Shown one piece after another: positions 1-13,950 of a DNA stretch of 64,000 bases; within the stretch, counting starts at the first letter, position 1; every line of letters starts with the position of its first letter. The notes beneath the pieces are model-generated. The model did not search any database. It was not told the DNA's origin and worked only from the letters and a program-made list of their open reading frames with translations. Source of the stretch: Eledone cirrhosa (Eukaryota); the NCBI GenBank assembly GCA_964016885.1, contig OZ024765.1, positions 9,300,001 through 9,364,000 of the forward strand. The letters are read 5' to 3'. A program made the position numbers and the translations under genes.

Positions 1-110
1 GCTTGAGCTCTGCCGTCGGGATCATACATTTTTCGATTACCCACTCTACTACCCTAAGTATTGAGTACTCTGGTGCGTTATGGTCCATCTGGTTCCTTAC
101 CACATCTTCG

Positions 111-157
<47 letters not shown>

Positions 158-443
158 AAAAAAGGAAAAGAATGACTTCACTTGTAGTTCTAAATAATTT
201 GATTTAATTTTATAATATTATAATATTATAAAATTAAATCAAATTGTTTAGAACTACAAGTGAAGTCATTTTTTTCATCTTTTCAAATATATATCAGAAG
301 ATCCCGTTAAGGGTGAAAGCACCGATTCTTTGCTTAAACTTTAATCTGTTATTTTAATAAATATTTGCTCTAGGGTTCTTATATATTTGATATATTTATC
401 CTTATCGAGCCCCCTTTGGATTTTAGTCTTCACATTTATTATT

Positions 444-555
<112 letters not shown>

Positions 556-695
556 TATACATACAACTGGAACTCGCTGTTGAAACGGCGAGTACTCAGC
601 GGTCGGGATCCCGACTCTTTCATATTTCCATATCCCAATACTCTGGTGAGTCTAAACAGGTTTTTGATGCATCCTTTTTGATATATGTATATATA

Positions 696-1015
696 GATGA
701 GTTGAGAGAGAAACTGTGTATAAGAGGGATAAGTTGTAGTGTGCGGGAGAGAAGACTGCGATGGTATGGCCATGTGATGCGCATGGAGGATGACCGCTGG
801 GTAAAGAAGTGCCAATAAATCCCAGTAGAAGGAAGATGCAGTAGAGGAAGACCACGAAAGACATGCGCGGAGGTGGTGAGAGCTGACCTCAGATCACTGA
901 AGCTCACGGAGGAGATGACGAAGGACCGTGGCAAGTGGAGAGATGCTGTGCTGAATAAGACCCGTCCCACCCTTGCAAGCAGGGAAAAGTGGACGTGATA
1001 TGATGATGATGATGG
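696..1015 (+). mobile_element. RTE-clade LINE 3' fragment
   Basis: RERRLRWYGHVMRMEDDRWVKK*..EGRCSRGRPRKT..VRADL..DRGKWR is a typical RTE ORF C-terminus; internal stop; (tga)n tail. Confidence 0.85.
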
Positions 1016-1053
<38 letters not shown>

Positions 1054-1622
1054 ATACTTTGGGAGGGTCATGTTGCCAATAAGAAACACACGCACCAGTT
1101 GCTTTCACTTCAATTTATTATAATAAATTTATAAATTTAGGAATTTATAAATTTCCGGTTGGTTGGTTGGTTCCACAACCAGATGATTGTTTATATATTG
1201 TCAAAGTTCTTTCGTCACACATCCTGTGCCCTCTTCAGTGACTGGGGAGTCTTTTCTTTGTTTTTGTGCCTCTCCTTTGTTCTGTCCTACGCCATCTTGT
1301 TTTTGTGTGCGTCAATACTAATATATATATATATATAAATATTAGTATTGGTGCTCTGAAATAGCGATGTATACATGAATGTATGTATAGTATATTTGAC
1401 AATATACTGTATGTTTAATTAAAAACATTTTAGAAGACCATACGCTATGAGTTTTCAAGTAGTCACTATGTCACTTACTTAGTCTCGGCAACTCTCTGTT
1501 ACTTTTGCCGAGATTAAGTAAGTGACATAGTGACTACTTTAAAACAATAGCGTAAGGTCTTCTAAAATGTGTTTAATTAAACATACAGTATATTGCCAAA
1601 TATACTATACATACATTCATGT

Positions 1623-1663
<41 letters not shown>

Positions 1664-1918
1664 AAAGTTTTATTTAAGATTGTTGGGTTACAACGAGTAA
1701 ATATTTTATAACTGATATAAAAGCACTCAACAGTTTCTGGAGTAGGTTTACGATATTAAACAAATGGAAACTATATTTATAAAACCATATTTATTTCGTT
1801 ATATATATTTCTGGGATATCATATTAAAAATATGGTATGCCTTCCTCAGACAAAATACAATATATAAGCTGTTTTCTAAGGTATGTCAAAATTATTTATA
1901 AAACAGCTTATATATTGT

Positions 1919-1987
1919 ATTTTGTCTGAGGAAGGCATACCATATTTTTTTTTTAATATGATATCCCAGAAATATATATAACGAAAT
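1919..1987 (+). ncRNA. Type I HHR, family F (mirror copy on - at 1793-1856)
   Basis: AUUUUGU-CUGAGGA-helix II-GAAA-UAUAUA-UA-ACGAAAU inside the inverted repeat 1750-2030; truncated relative at 25687-25770. Confidence 0.8.
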
Positions 1988-2521
1988 AAATATGGTTTTA
2001 TAAATATAGTTTCCATTTGTTTAATATCGTATATATATATATATATACAAAATTTAGTACAGCATGAACGAAACCATGGTTGCAGCCAAGCTAACGAATG
2101 CAGTTTCGGTGTGCAGCTAAGCACTCGGATAGGGTATATAACCCTAGAGTTATAACATTACGTTTAGACAGCTTTGCAAAATGAAGACAGCGACCGATAG
2201 AAGGGCCGCGGTAACCATAGCCACGAAAAAGACTGAACTCAGGAAAAATTTGACTAACCTGGACCGTCACGTCGACATCATACATAACACATAATACATA
2301 TAATATACATACCATATAACATACATCACATGTATTCCACAATATCTCCGCTAGGTGTCTGTAAATCCGAAATCAACAAAATCCACTTGCAGGGGTCTGC
2401 AAGTTAATGGTTTTTGAAGATAGAACAATGGAGTTTTACTTCGTCAACAAGTTTTTCGTTCTGGTCCGCTCGGGTGTTTTATGCTTGAGTAAGCGCTGCT
2501 AGCAAACACATGGTTTTCCCA

Positions 2522-2557
<36 letters not shown>

Positions 2558-2657
2558 AACCAGTAAGACCCCGACAGCTGAGCTCAAGCCGTTACCTCAA
2601 GTATTGAGTACTTTGGTGCGTTATGGTCCACCTGGTTCCTTACCACATTTCCTTCGT

Positions 2658-2835
<178 letters not shown>

Positions 2836-2867
2836 ACAGTTGATCGACAAGACGAGTGGGGTGCGGC

Positions 2868-2987
2868 AGCTCGTCAAATCGAACCGAGAAACAATGTTTC
2901 CATTGATCTTTCTAATTTCTAATACTATCTGCCCGTCGCAAATCCAGGCAGAAGGACCAACATGAGATAAAGTGCCTTGCTCAAGGT
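2868..2987 (-). mobile_element. Old partial S2 SINE
   Basis: cgtcaaatcgaaccgag..tgtttccattgatctttc..ataaagtgccttgctcaagg. Confidence 0.65.
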
Positions 2988-3046
2988 GTAACCCTATGCT
3001 ATAAAGCATGTTCGACACTACACATATACTACCAAACCAATAATAA

Positions 3047-3226
3047 TTGTTTCTACTTTAGGCACAAGGCCAGCAATTACCCAGTACATTACTGGTTCTT
3101 TATTTTATCGACCCCGTAAGGATGAAAGGCAAAGTTAACCTCGGCGGGATTTGAACTCAGATTGGAAAGGGCCGTAACTCTATTTGTCAAAGCATGGCGG
3201 CCGACCCTCCACCGATACTGCCAAAT
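3047..3226 (-). mobile_element. tRNA-headed SINE, family S1 (Meta-like central domain)
   Basis: Minus strand: A box TGGCAGTATCGG, B box GTTCAAATCC, then gcctttcatccttacggggtcgataaaataa. Confidence 0.8.
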
Positions 3227-3230
3227 AATA

Positions 3231-3810
3231 ACACCTATCCCAGACTCATTATAAAAGATGGAGGCACGATAGCATAGGAAAAGTGATTCACTGGCATCTA
3301 TGCAAACTGAATAATTGACCTCATTCTGAGAAATGCTATGAGCATAAACCAGAGTCGGTGATAGAAAACGAATGGGTGAAGGTGCTGGGATTTCAGGATA
3401 CAAAATAGATAAAGAATTTGAACACAGCTGGCCTGATCCAATGGCTTCTGACAAGGGAAAAAGATCTTGTTTGATTATAGATATAGCTTGACACATAAGT
3501 GCAAAAAAAGGAGGAGAAAATTAACTGGTACAAGGATCTAAAGTGGGAACTAAAAAGGATTAAGGATTGTCATGAGATCAAGGTTGCCCCCATCACCACA
3601 GGAGCAAGAGGTCCTATCTCGAAGAGTTTCCACAACTGGTTAAAGAACATTAGTCCAGCCCCCTTTTTTTGGAACACTTCAAAAGGCATGTCTACTGGGA
3701 ACAACAAGGACCCTCCGATATGTCCTGAATATCTGAGGCTGCAGGCAGCGGCTTGATGTTCATTTGGGCAAACTTTCCAATTAAATAACATCACATGACT
3801 GAGATATCAC
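3231..3810 (+). mobile_element. Degenerate copy of the R4/Dong-like RLE fragment
   Basis: Aligns by eye with 16030-16600 (RHDSIGKVIHWHLCK...YKDLKWELKRI); frameshifts and stops; same 3' UTR tgaggctgcagg. Confidence 0.85.
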
Positions 3811-3816
3811 ATTCAT

Positions 3817-4625
3817 TATTGTTTCTACTTTTGGCACAAGGACAGCAACTACCCCAGTACATTACTGGTACTTTATTTTATCGACCCCGTAAGGATGAAA
3901 AGCAAAGTTAACCTCGGCGGGATTTGAACTCAGAATGGCAAGGACCGTAACTCTATGCGCAAAACATGGCGTCCGACCCTCTACCGATACTGCCAATCCA
4001 CCGCCTATGACAATAATAATTGTTTCTACTTTTGGCACAAGGCCAGCAATTACCCCAGTGTATTACTGGTACTTTATTTTATCGACCCCGTAAGGATGAA
4101 AGGCAAAGTTAACCTCGGCGGGATTTGAACTCAGACCGTAAAGGGACGTAACTATGCTAGAAAGTATGGCGTCCAACCCTCTACCGATACTGCCAATTCA
4201 CCAATAATGATTTCTGATTTAGGCACAAGGCCAGTAATTTTGGGGTGAGGGGGAAAGTTGATTAGATAGATCCCAGTGCATTACTGGTACTTTATTTAAT
4301 CGACCCGGTAAGGATGAAAGGCAAAGCTTACCTCGGCGATATTTGAACTCAGAACGTAAAGGGCCGTAAATCTATGCTGCAAAGCATGGTGTCCAACGCT
4401 CTATCGATTCTGCCAATCCACCGCCCTAATAATGATGATAATGTTTCTACTTTTGGCACAAGGCCAGCAATTACCCAGTGCATTACTGGTACTTTATTTT
4501 ATCGACCCCGTAAGGATGAAAGGCAAAGTTCACCTCGGCGGGATTTGAACTCAGAATGTAAAGGGCCATAACTCTATACTGCAAAGCATGGCGTACGACC
4601 ATCTACCGATAATGCCAAGCCACTA
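3817..4625 (-). mobile_element. Four head-to-tail S1 SINE copies separated by (TAA)-type spacers
   Basis: Copies at about 3817-4007, 4020-4203, 4210-4427 and 4441-4625. Confidence 0.85.
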
Positions 4626-5122
4626 ACTTTTTGCCAATCCACTATAATAATCTAAACTATAATAAAGTAAGGGGTGCGGGACTGCGTACGGTTTATTTCT
4701 TTTAATCCAGTTATTTAAATAAGTTGGATTACTTTGAATAAATAATGAATGAATATTACATAATTATCTACTAATTTTCGTGGCTGTTGATTAAATATAT
4801 TTTATTGCTTATTTAAAGATTCCCTTCTTTAAAACTTTCAAATGTCAACACTTCCGGTTAGCGATCGCTTAAATAAACATTCATATATTTCTGTCACTAA
4901 TTTTCTCCTAATGCAGTTTATATATAATATCGTCTTTTTTTAATGTATCCTGGATTACGTTACTGATTACATAAGACAGTGTAACACAGTCTTCGTTCAC
5001 TTTCTGTGTATTATATATTGTCAATTACGTTGTTATTTGATGTATCATATCTACATGTATATATACCTGCGTATAATATCAATATGCACACTACACATAA
5101 TAATAATAATTTTTATTTGTAG

Positions 5123-6333
5123 GTAGACCCTACTATTACCAGCCGACGGTGTATTACAGACCTGATATATGCACCCTTACGGCAATGAGCATAATAATGT
5201 CATTCATGGTGTTACCAGCATCACTCGTCTTGTGTGGCCTTATAAAGAGAGCTGAACTGGAGTCAAAGGCCAAAGAAGACGACACCACGCAATCTCAAGA
5301 ATATCCTCCGTATTATAATGAAAGTCCTCGAAGTGTACCTCGTAGCATGTCAATACAATATGCTTCTCCACATGATAGCATGCGATCATCACAATTTTCT
5401 AATGTACATCGTCAGGGGTCATCTTCATCTCCACTTGATTACGGTTCACCACCATCTCCTGGTGGCAGGACAATACCATCTCCTGCTTACAGGTCCGCAC
5501 CATCTCCTAGTACACCTGATATGACATCAAAATTTTCTGGTGAAATTGGGAAAAAGTCATCAAAATCTTCTGAACCTAAGTACAGGTCCGGAAAATCTTC
5601 TCCTGATTCTAAGTACAGGTCCGGAAAATCTTCTGATTCTAAGTACAGGTCCGGAAAATCTTCTGAATCTAAGTACAAGTCCAGAAAATCTTCTGGTGAA
5701 CCTATGACCAGGTCCGATAAATCTTCTCTTGAATCTAAGTACAGGTCCGGAAAATCTTCTGAATCTAAGTACAGGTCCGGAAAATCTTCTGAATCTAAGT
5801 ACAGGTCCGGAAAATCTTCTGAATCTAAGTACAAGTCCGGAAAATCTTCTCCTGAACTTATGACCAGATCCAGAAAATCTTCTGATTCTAAGATGAGGTC
5901 CGAAAAATCTCCTTCTGAAGATAAGAAGAGGTACCGAAAATCTATTTCTGAAGATAAGAATAGGTACCGAAAATCTTCTTATGAAGATAGTGACCCAGAA
6001 CCAACATCTGATGCACCTAGGGAGTCTACTGGTAACATGTCTACTACACAATCTCGTACTAGTAAAAGACAATCCAGTAAATCACCATCGAATAAATTAC
6101 CATCGATTAAATCATCATCGAATAAATCAACAAATAAATCAAACCCAAGTAAATCACAGACATCGCATAAATTACAATCACGATCGAGTTACGATGCAGA
6201 TTCTCAAAATGAACAAGACAGTTCAACACGATTCGATCCTGTATATAATCGTATAAATTCGCCACAATTGACTGCACCAGAAAGGCGACCTTCGATTTCT
6301 CAAACATCTGTTCGAAGTAAGTCGCTAAGATAG
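5123..6333 (+). CDS. Terminal coding exon of a probable membrane protein: one TM helix, then a long S/K/R-rich low-complexity tail
   Basis: Acceptor ttttatttgtag ends at 5122 (phase 1). The frame reads RPYYYQPTVYYRPDIC-TLTAMSIIMSFMVLPASLVLCGLI-KR (hydrophobic helix with basic stop-transfer) and stays open ~400 codons to TAG 6331-6333 in non-microsatellite sequence. Possible ATTAAA polyA signal at 7333. Upstream exons not identified. Confidence 0.72.
5563..5985 (+). repeat. In-frame coding minisatellite, 30/33-bp unit (KSS[E/D]SKYRSG)
   Basis: aaatcttctgaatctaagtacaggtccgga repeated about 13 times; length variants add whole codons. Confidence 0.9.
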
Positions 6334-6584
6334 TCGGGTACTTCAAAAACTTCTTTACAGAAGTAACACTTCAAAACCATCTGCTGTATATACTAATCGC
6401 AACTCTGCAATGAGGGATCGATTATTGATGATGCCGGGCTCAGCGACGCAATCGTCAGCCCGTACATCATAGTCAACATAATCTACTAGAGGCTTCGTCG
6501 TATAATCCGTTATTCGTCTGATGCAACTGGAAATGCAAAATCTGTTACATCTGAAAATGCACATTTTATGAATGTAAAAATGCA

Positions 6585-7130
6585 ATGTTTGATGCATCTA
6601 AAAATTCAGCATCTGGTGCAGCTGAAAATTCAGCATCTGGCGCATCTGGAAATTCAGCGTCTGTTGCATCTAGAAATTCAGTATGTAGTGCATCAGGAAA
6701 TTCAGCATTTGGTGCATCTAGAAATTCAGCATCTGGTACATCTAGAAATTCAGCATCTGGTGCATCTAGAAATTCAGCATCTGGTACATCTAGAAATTCA
6801 GTATCTTGTGCATCAGGAAATTCAGCATTTGGTGCTTCTGGAAATTCAGCATTTGGTGCTTCTGGAAATTCAGCATCTGGTGTATCTGAAAATTCAGCAT
6901 CTGGTGTTTCTGGAAATTCAGCATCTGGTGTTTCTGGAAATTCAGCATCTGGTGTTTCTGGAAATTCAGCATCTGGTGCATCTGAAAATTCAGCATCTGG
7001 TGCATCTGGAAATTCAGCATCTGGAAACGTATATGCTACATCTGAAAATTCAGCATTCGGTATATCAGGACGTTCAACGTCTTGTGCATCTAGAAATTCA
7101 GCATCTGATGCAGTTTGGTGCATCTAGATA
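6585..7130 (+). repeat. 24-bp minisatellite downstream of the stop codon (GNSASGAS in one frame)
   Basis: ggaaattcagcatctggtgcatct, about 22 copies; open in two + frames and one - frame. Confidence 0.9.
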
Positions 7131-7463
7131 CGCAACAACTACAGCATCTAGATTGCACAGTTTGAAATGTAACAACCCGTATATTGCCGCATCTGGTCTA
7201 TTTGCAAATGAAGTGTGTAGTACGTCAAATATAGAAACAGTTATTGGTAATGCACTTGGCAATTGCTGGCCTTGTGCCAAAAGTAAAAGCATTGTTAATT
7301 AGACAACCTGTCACCCATTGGGTCACATCTCAATTAAAAATATATTTTAAAAAATCATGTTCACTTAAAAATAATTTTTAAATAATTAAAATATACACCG
7401 ACATGTATATAATGTAAAATGAAATTGGAAGGCCCATATATATATATATATATCTATATCTAT

Positions 7464-7846
7464 CTAAGGCGGGTAAAATTCCCGAGATCCATGGACGAGT
7501 TCTCTCCAGCGGTCTCTGTCCCTCATTATCGCTGCCATGTCCTGCATCTCCAACAGACCAGTGTCTGTCCTTAGGGCATCAACATATGTTAACCTTGGTC
7601 TTCCTCTTCTAGTGTGTCCATGTAGGGGCTCCCAAAGGAGCACTGAGTGCAATGTCAACTCTGGATGTCGGTAAGCATGTCCAGCCAACCCCAGTCTCCT
7701 CTGTGTCACTTTTGAGCTGACTTTTGGGATGCTCCCATACAGCTCTGAGTTTTTCATCCTCAGTGTATACTGATTAATGTTCAGAGCCATCCTCAGCATT
7801 CTCGTGTAGCACCCATCCACCATCTGAGTGAGTTTCTTGTAGGAGG
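7464..7846 (-). mobile_element. RTE-clade LINE 3' fragment (second family)
   Basis: DGCYTRMLRMALNI..RRLGLAGHAYRH..LLWEP.HG..RRGRPRLTYVD..DRDRWR; 3' end abuts (TA)n. Confidence 0.85.
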
Positions 7847-8046
7847 TGAGTTTTATTGTAGTACAATAAAGCAATGCAGATATCGGATAAGAAGCACTCT
7901 ACAGTTTGTGGGACTGGAGTATACATAATATATAAGAACAAAAGATGGTTAAAAGAGTTCCATGTATTTTATTATGCGCATTTTGATATGTTGATTTAAA
8001 ACTGCACTATCCACAAGTGTTTTTTAACCTTCATATCATGTCCTCC

Positions 8047-8117
8047 TGTTTTATCTGATGAAAACACAAATATTATTGCATGATGATATTTGTTTTTGAA
8101 ATGCGCATAATAAAATA
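8047..8117 (+). ncRNA. Type I hammerhead ribozyme, PLE family B
   Basis: Helix I UGUUUUAU/AUAAAAUA; CUGAUGA 8055-8061; long helix II; GAAA 8098-8101; palindromic helix III AUGCGCAU; AUA cleavage site after 8109. Confidence 0.85.
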
Positions 8118-8147
8118 CATGGAACTCTTTTAACCATCTTTTGTTCT

Positions 8148-8187
<40 letters not shown>

Positions 8188-8217
8188 GTGTCTGTGATCT
8201 ACATACAGTGGTCACAG

Positions 8218-8252
<35 letters not shown>

Positions 8253-8311
8253 CACACATATATATATATATATATACACACACACATATATATATATATA
8301 TACACACACAC

Positions 8312-8367
<56 letters not shown>

Positions 8368-8836
8368 GGCGTACATATATATACGCCATCAGCGCTCTCT
8401 CTCTCTCTCTTCTAATTTCCTCCCCATCTCTCTCTATCTACTCTCTTTCAATCTACTCTCTCTACAACCACTATCTCTTTCTTTCTATCTTTCCCTCTCT
8501 ATGAAGGTACCCGGAAAAAACCCCATATCTGGGGAACCCGTGCTTTGGTTTACGCGAAACTTGTTTTATTCCATTTCTATTCCCATTTCAGGGTCAACTT
8601 CCTTTCAAAGTATTTTCCCATTATGCGCCGTTTTGGTTGTATTAAATTACAGACAAGCACACAACCCCACAGTCTTAGTTGTATACTAGATAGAGAAACT
8701 AAGATTGCTGCTTTTGTTGTTGTTGTAATTGCAGTTATTATATTATTACTGTTGTTGTTGTTACAGTTGTTGTTCTATTTGCTTATGTTGTCAAGGCATC
8801 AATCAATACAATTATATATATATATATATATATATA

Positions 8837-9049
8837 TAGGAAAAAGTATGACCCCGACGGCAGAGCTCAAGCCGTTTCGACGACTATTTCTGGACTAAAT
8901 TAGAATTCTAATTTAGTCCAGAAATAGCCGTCGAAACGGCTTGAGCTCTGCCGTCGGGGTCATACTTTTTCCTATTTCCCACTCTTACTCTAAGTATTGA
9001 GTACTCTGGTGCGTTATGGTCCATTTGGTGCCTTACCACAATTCCTTTG

Positions 9050-9051
<2 letters not shown>
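8837..9051 (+). mobile_element. PLE-like family A terminal fragment with 5' inversion (8 copies in window)
   Basis: Carries the HHR 3' half GAAA-CGGC(9 nt)GCCG-UC-GGGG. Other copies: 1-112, 2554-2658, 19706-19903 (-), 22018-22097, 25359-25433, 43346-43464 (-), 61816-61948. All share the same 3' terminus (variants of ccttcgtt) followed by (AT)n. Confidence 0.8.
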
Positions 9052-9087
<36 letters not shown>

Positions 9088-9095
<8 letters not shown>

Positions 9096-9280
9096 AATGG
9101 CTTCTACAGGACTAGAACTGTTTCATTCGGGAGAAATCATCAGGAAGCTTCCTGGTGATTTCTCCCGAATGAAACAGTTCTAGTCCTGTAGAAGCCATTT
9201 CTATATTAAATATTTATACTCTGTTATGTATTGAGTACCTTACTTACTGTGGTTACCCCCGATTGAACCCGGGATAAACT
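9088..9280. mobile_element. PLE family E hairpin insertion with HHRs (- 9100-9148 intact; + 9147-9195 with A6G)
   Basis: GCUUC-CUGAUGA-UUUC(UCCC)GAAU-GAAA-CAG(UUCUAGUC)CUG-UA-GAAGC; palindrome centred on aagctt 9145-9150. Confidence 0.85.
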
Positions 9281-9896
9281 TATATATATATATATATATC
9301 CATGATCCCCAGCAGACAAGTGATGAAGGAACATTTCCCCCCGTTCATGCTTTCCTCTTCTTAATAGGTACCCCTTATCCACCAACTACACAACCACTGT
9401 TTCTTCTTATATACATACATATATATAGTATTAAGGATACTATTTATGGTTATGTGTATACTAAAACCTTTTTTAGTTATATATATTTTAAACCCTAAAC
9501 AGTGAAAGACAGTAATTTATTACTACCTTATTACCAGTAAGATAAATAGCTCAATGTAATAACATCAGTTGTTTTACAGAGCAGTTATATAGAATACACA
9601 TGAATCAAAGTTCTGATTAAATCATTTATTCGCTTACAATTGTTTCTTCCAATTGTAAGTAAATAAATGATTTAAACAACTTTGATTCATGTAATTTCTA
9701 TATATATATCTATGACCTTTTCTGTTTCCAACTGAAATTTCAATACTTATATATATATATATATATATATAGAATTAGTAAATTTATAATATTTTTATAT
9801 TATTCAAATAGCGAGGTATAGGTAACCCATACACTATAGAAACAATTGTTACCTAATAAATTCTGTATACCCGCATTTCCATTTCGTAAACTTCTT

Positions 9897-9962
<66 letters not shown>

Positions 9963-10047
9963 CAATTCTGTTTTATTACTACTTCTACCAAACTCGTCCC
10001 ATGGACTGAGTGCTCTACCACTACGGATATCAACTTCCAGTGTTCTA

Positions 10048-10098
<51 letters not shown>

Positions 10099-10137
10099 CG
10101 AGTTTGGTATATATATATATATATATATGACGAGTTT

Positions 10138-10170
<33 letters not shown>

Positions 10171-10282
10171 CGAGTTTGGTATATATATATATATATATAT
10201 ATGACGAGTTTGGTAGAAGTAGTAATACAACAGAATTGTTCTCGATATGGTGAACTAACTGGTGTGTTCCTGCCTTGACCCT

Positions 10283-11273
10283 CTGACCACTTCCTGTTAC
10301 GCGCGCACCCCACATCTCCCCTCTTCCGACCAACCCAACCACGGATTACACACATTGGCCATCGTTCCCACCAATCAACTCCATCACAAGGAAAATATCC
10401 AGCAGCTCACCACACCCTCTACGGAACTACCTTAGGAACTTACCCACGGACATACACTCACAAAAATCTTTTTTCTCACACGCCACCTACATCCACAATA
10501 CGTATAAACACCACCCACACACACGTGCGTACCCCCACATATTTACACACTCAGCCGCCGGAATCCTCTCCCCCACCCACCCCTCTGACCCCCTCCCCAT
10601 CCACACACGCATACACACACCGACCCAAACCCCACCCCACACACACACCTTTTCCTGAACATAGAACCTCGTTCCTCCCCCAACTCTCACATTCACACAC
10701 ACACACACACACACGTACACCTACACACATACACCACATTCAGCCCTCCCCGCTCGGACACCCCGCCTCCCTCTCCCCACTTCACCCGCCACCACCCCTA
10801 TAAGCCCCACACCCTTCCACCACTTGTTAAACTTCATTCATGTTTATTTTTATTTTCATTTTTTTTATATTTATTTTTTTATTTGTCTAAATGTCTCTCC
10901 CCCACTCCCCAACACACCCTTGGAACTCTCTTCCGACATACTTTTCGCCTGAAAAATGGCTTATGCCCGAAACGTACCCACTCCACTCTCAAGAGCGTGA
11001 AACTAATAAACCTTTGTTCGTACTGCCTCTCTGTTTTGTTCCGTTCTATTTTTCACTATGTGTGTGTGTGTGTGCGTGTGCGTGTGCGTGTGTGTGTGTG
11101 TGTGTTCACATATGTAATATATATATATGTGTGTGTATTACATTTTTTATATATTATTATTACATAAAATGGCCTATGCCCGAAACGGTCCCCCCTCCAC
11201 TCTCAAGAGCGTGAAACTAATAAACCTTTGTTCGTACTGCATCTCTGTTTTGTTCCCGTTCTATTTTTCACTA

Positions 11274-11329
<56 letters not shown>

Positions 11330-11498
11330 CACATAAGTAATATATATATATATGTGTGTGTATTACATTTTTTACATATTATTATTACATAAAATGGCTT
11401 ATGCCCGAAACGGTCCCCCCTCCACTCTCAAGAGCGTGAAACTAATAAACCTTTGTTCGTACTGCATCTCTGTTTTGTTCCCGTTCTATTTTTCACTA

Positions 11499-11548
<50 letters not shown>

Positions 11549-11610
11549 CACATAAGTAATATATATATATATGTGTGTGTATTACATTTTTTACATATTA
11601 TTATTACATA
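10283..11610 (+). mobile_element. Family D copy whose 3' ~220 bp plus (GT)n is tandemly triplicated
   Basis: aaaatggc[ct]tatgcccgaaacg..ctcaagagcgtgaaactaataaacc recurs near 10953, 11167 and 11391. Confidence 0.75.
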
Positions 11611-11724
11611 TTCTATTTATTTTAGTTTTATTTTATTTCATCGTCAAACGATCTGTTGTCGCTATCCTGTCTGAGTAGCTGGTCAGTTCTGGTGCATTTC
11701 CTCGTGTCTTGCTTGCTACTCCAT

Positions 11725-11799
<75 letters not shown>

Positions 11800-11869
11800 A
11801 GACCACTGGTCAGGCTATCTGTGTCTGCTCGCTTTTACTTCTGGATAATCTTTATTTGTCTGTTATTAG

Positions 11870-13084
<1,215 letters not shown>

Positions 13085-13111
13085 TAGAAAGAGAGAGCTT
13101 GATACACACAC

Positions 13112-13173
<62 letters not shown>

Positions 13174-13670
13174 AGGGAGACACAAAGCTAACGAATTATT
13201 TGAAAATTAGGTTAGTAACATCTGCTTACGCTGTATTTGACTAAATAGAATTAGTCTGTTAGTTGGGATTTAAAAAAACCCCTCTGAATAGAAAAAAGGA
13301 TTCGTATTGATGTACATGGAACACGAACCCTCATCTTTGGTTTGCCGGACGTATGTGTTATCATTACACCAACACGCCACCCAAAAATCTCTCCGATGAT
13401 GCAACGGGGAAGGTAAATAATTTGACGCTTTAGCGACATCAGTTCCTTAAATTTCTCCAAGCCTCTCAAGAATTGCAAAAATGGGTGAAAAAAAGTTTTA
13501 CCCGAAATCGGCGAAAGTTTTTTCTGAGTATGTATGTTTATTTATATATACATCACCTTGATCACCTTGACCGACCAGCTTATCAGGTGCCATTCAGCGC
13601 CGCTGGTCACAGAACGTTGCTGTTTTAGCCATACGATGACGCCATCCCACTGGCTGGGCGGGCAGGCCGT

Positions 13671-13950
13671 AAGTCTAAAGTCTGTCTTAAGCCAGAAGGC
13701 TCATTTGGCCGGTGCTTATCCCGGTTTCATGGCATGAAGAGACAGAGTACAAGACTCCCCCTTGGACAGGACGCCAGTACATCGCAGGGTAAACCTCCAG
13801 CTATTGCTAGTACTCATTTTCAGCTGAGTAAACTGGAGCAACGTGAAATAAAGTGTCTTGCTCAAGGAATCAACACATCACCCGGTCCGAGAATTGAACT
13901 CACAATCTTTCGATTGTAAGCCTACTGCTCTAACCACTAAGCCATGCGCC
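13671..13950 (-). mobile_element. tRNA/CORE-like SINE, family S3 (S2-like head, different 3' half)
   Basis: Head ggcgcatggcttagtggttag..gagttcaattc, CORE-like block, then ctcagctgaaaatgagtac..gataagcaccggcc..agactttagactt. Confidence 0.8.

Noticed and set aside
2091-2342. 83-aa ORF, or an upstream exon of the 5123 gene
   Set aside because: No recognisable domain and no convincing splice-site pair on the + strand.
9088-9207. A-to-G differences between hairpin arms as fossil ADAR editing
   Set aside because: The same A6G appears at 9155 and near 61154, but there are too few mismatches and ordinary transitions explain them.
13308-13382. tRNA gene on the minus strand
   Set aside because: A-box- and B-box-like words are present but I could not build a convincing cloverleaf; at most a decayed SINE head. 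SINE heads elsewhere are also not called tRNAs.
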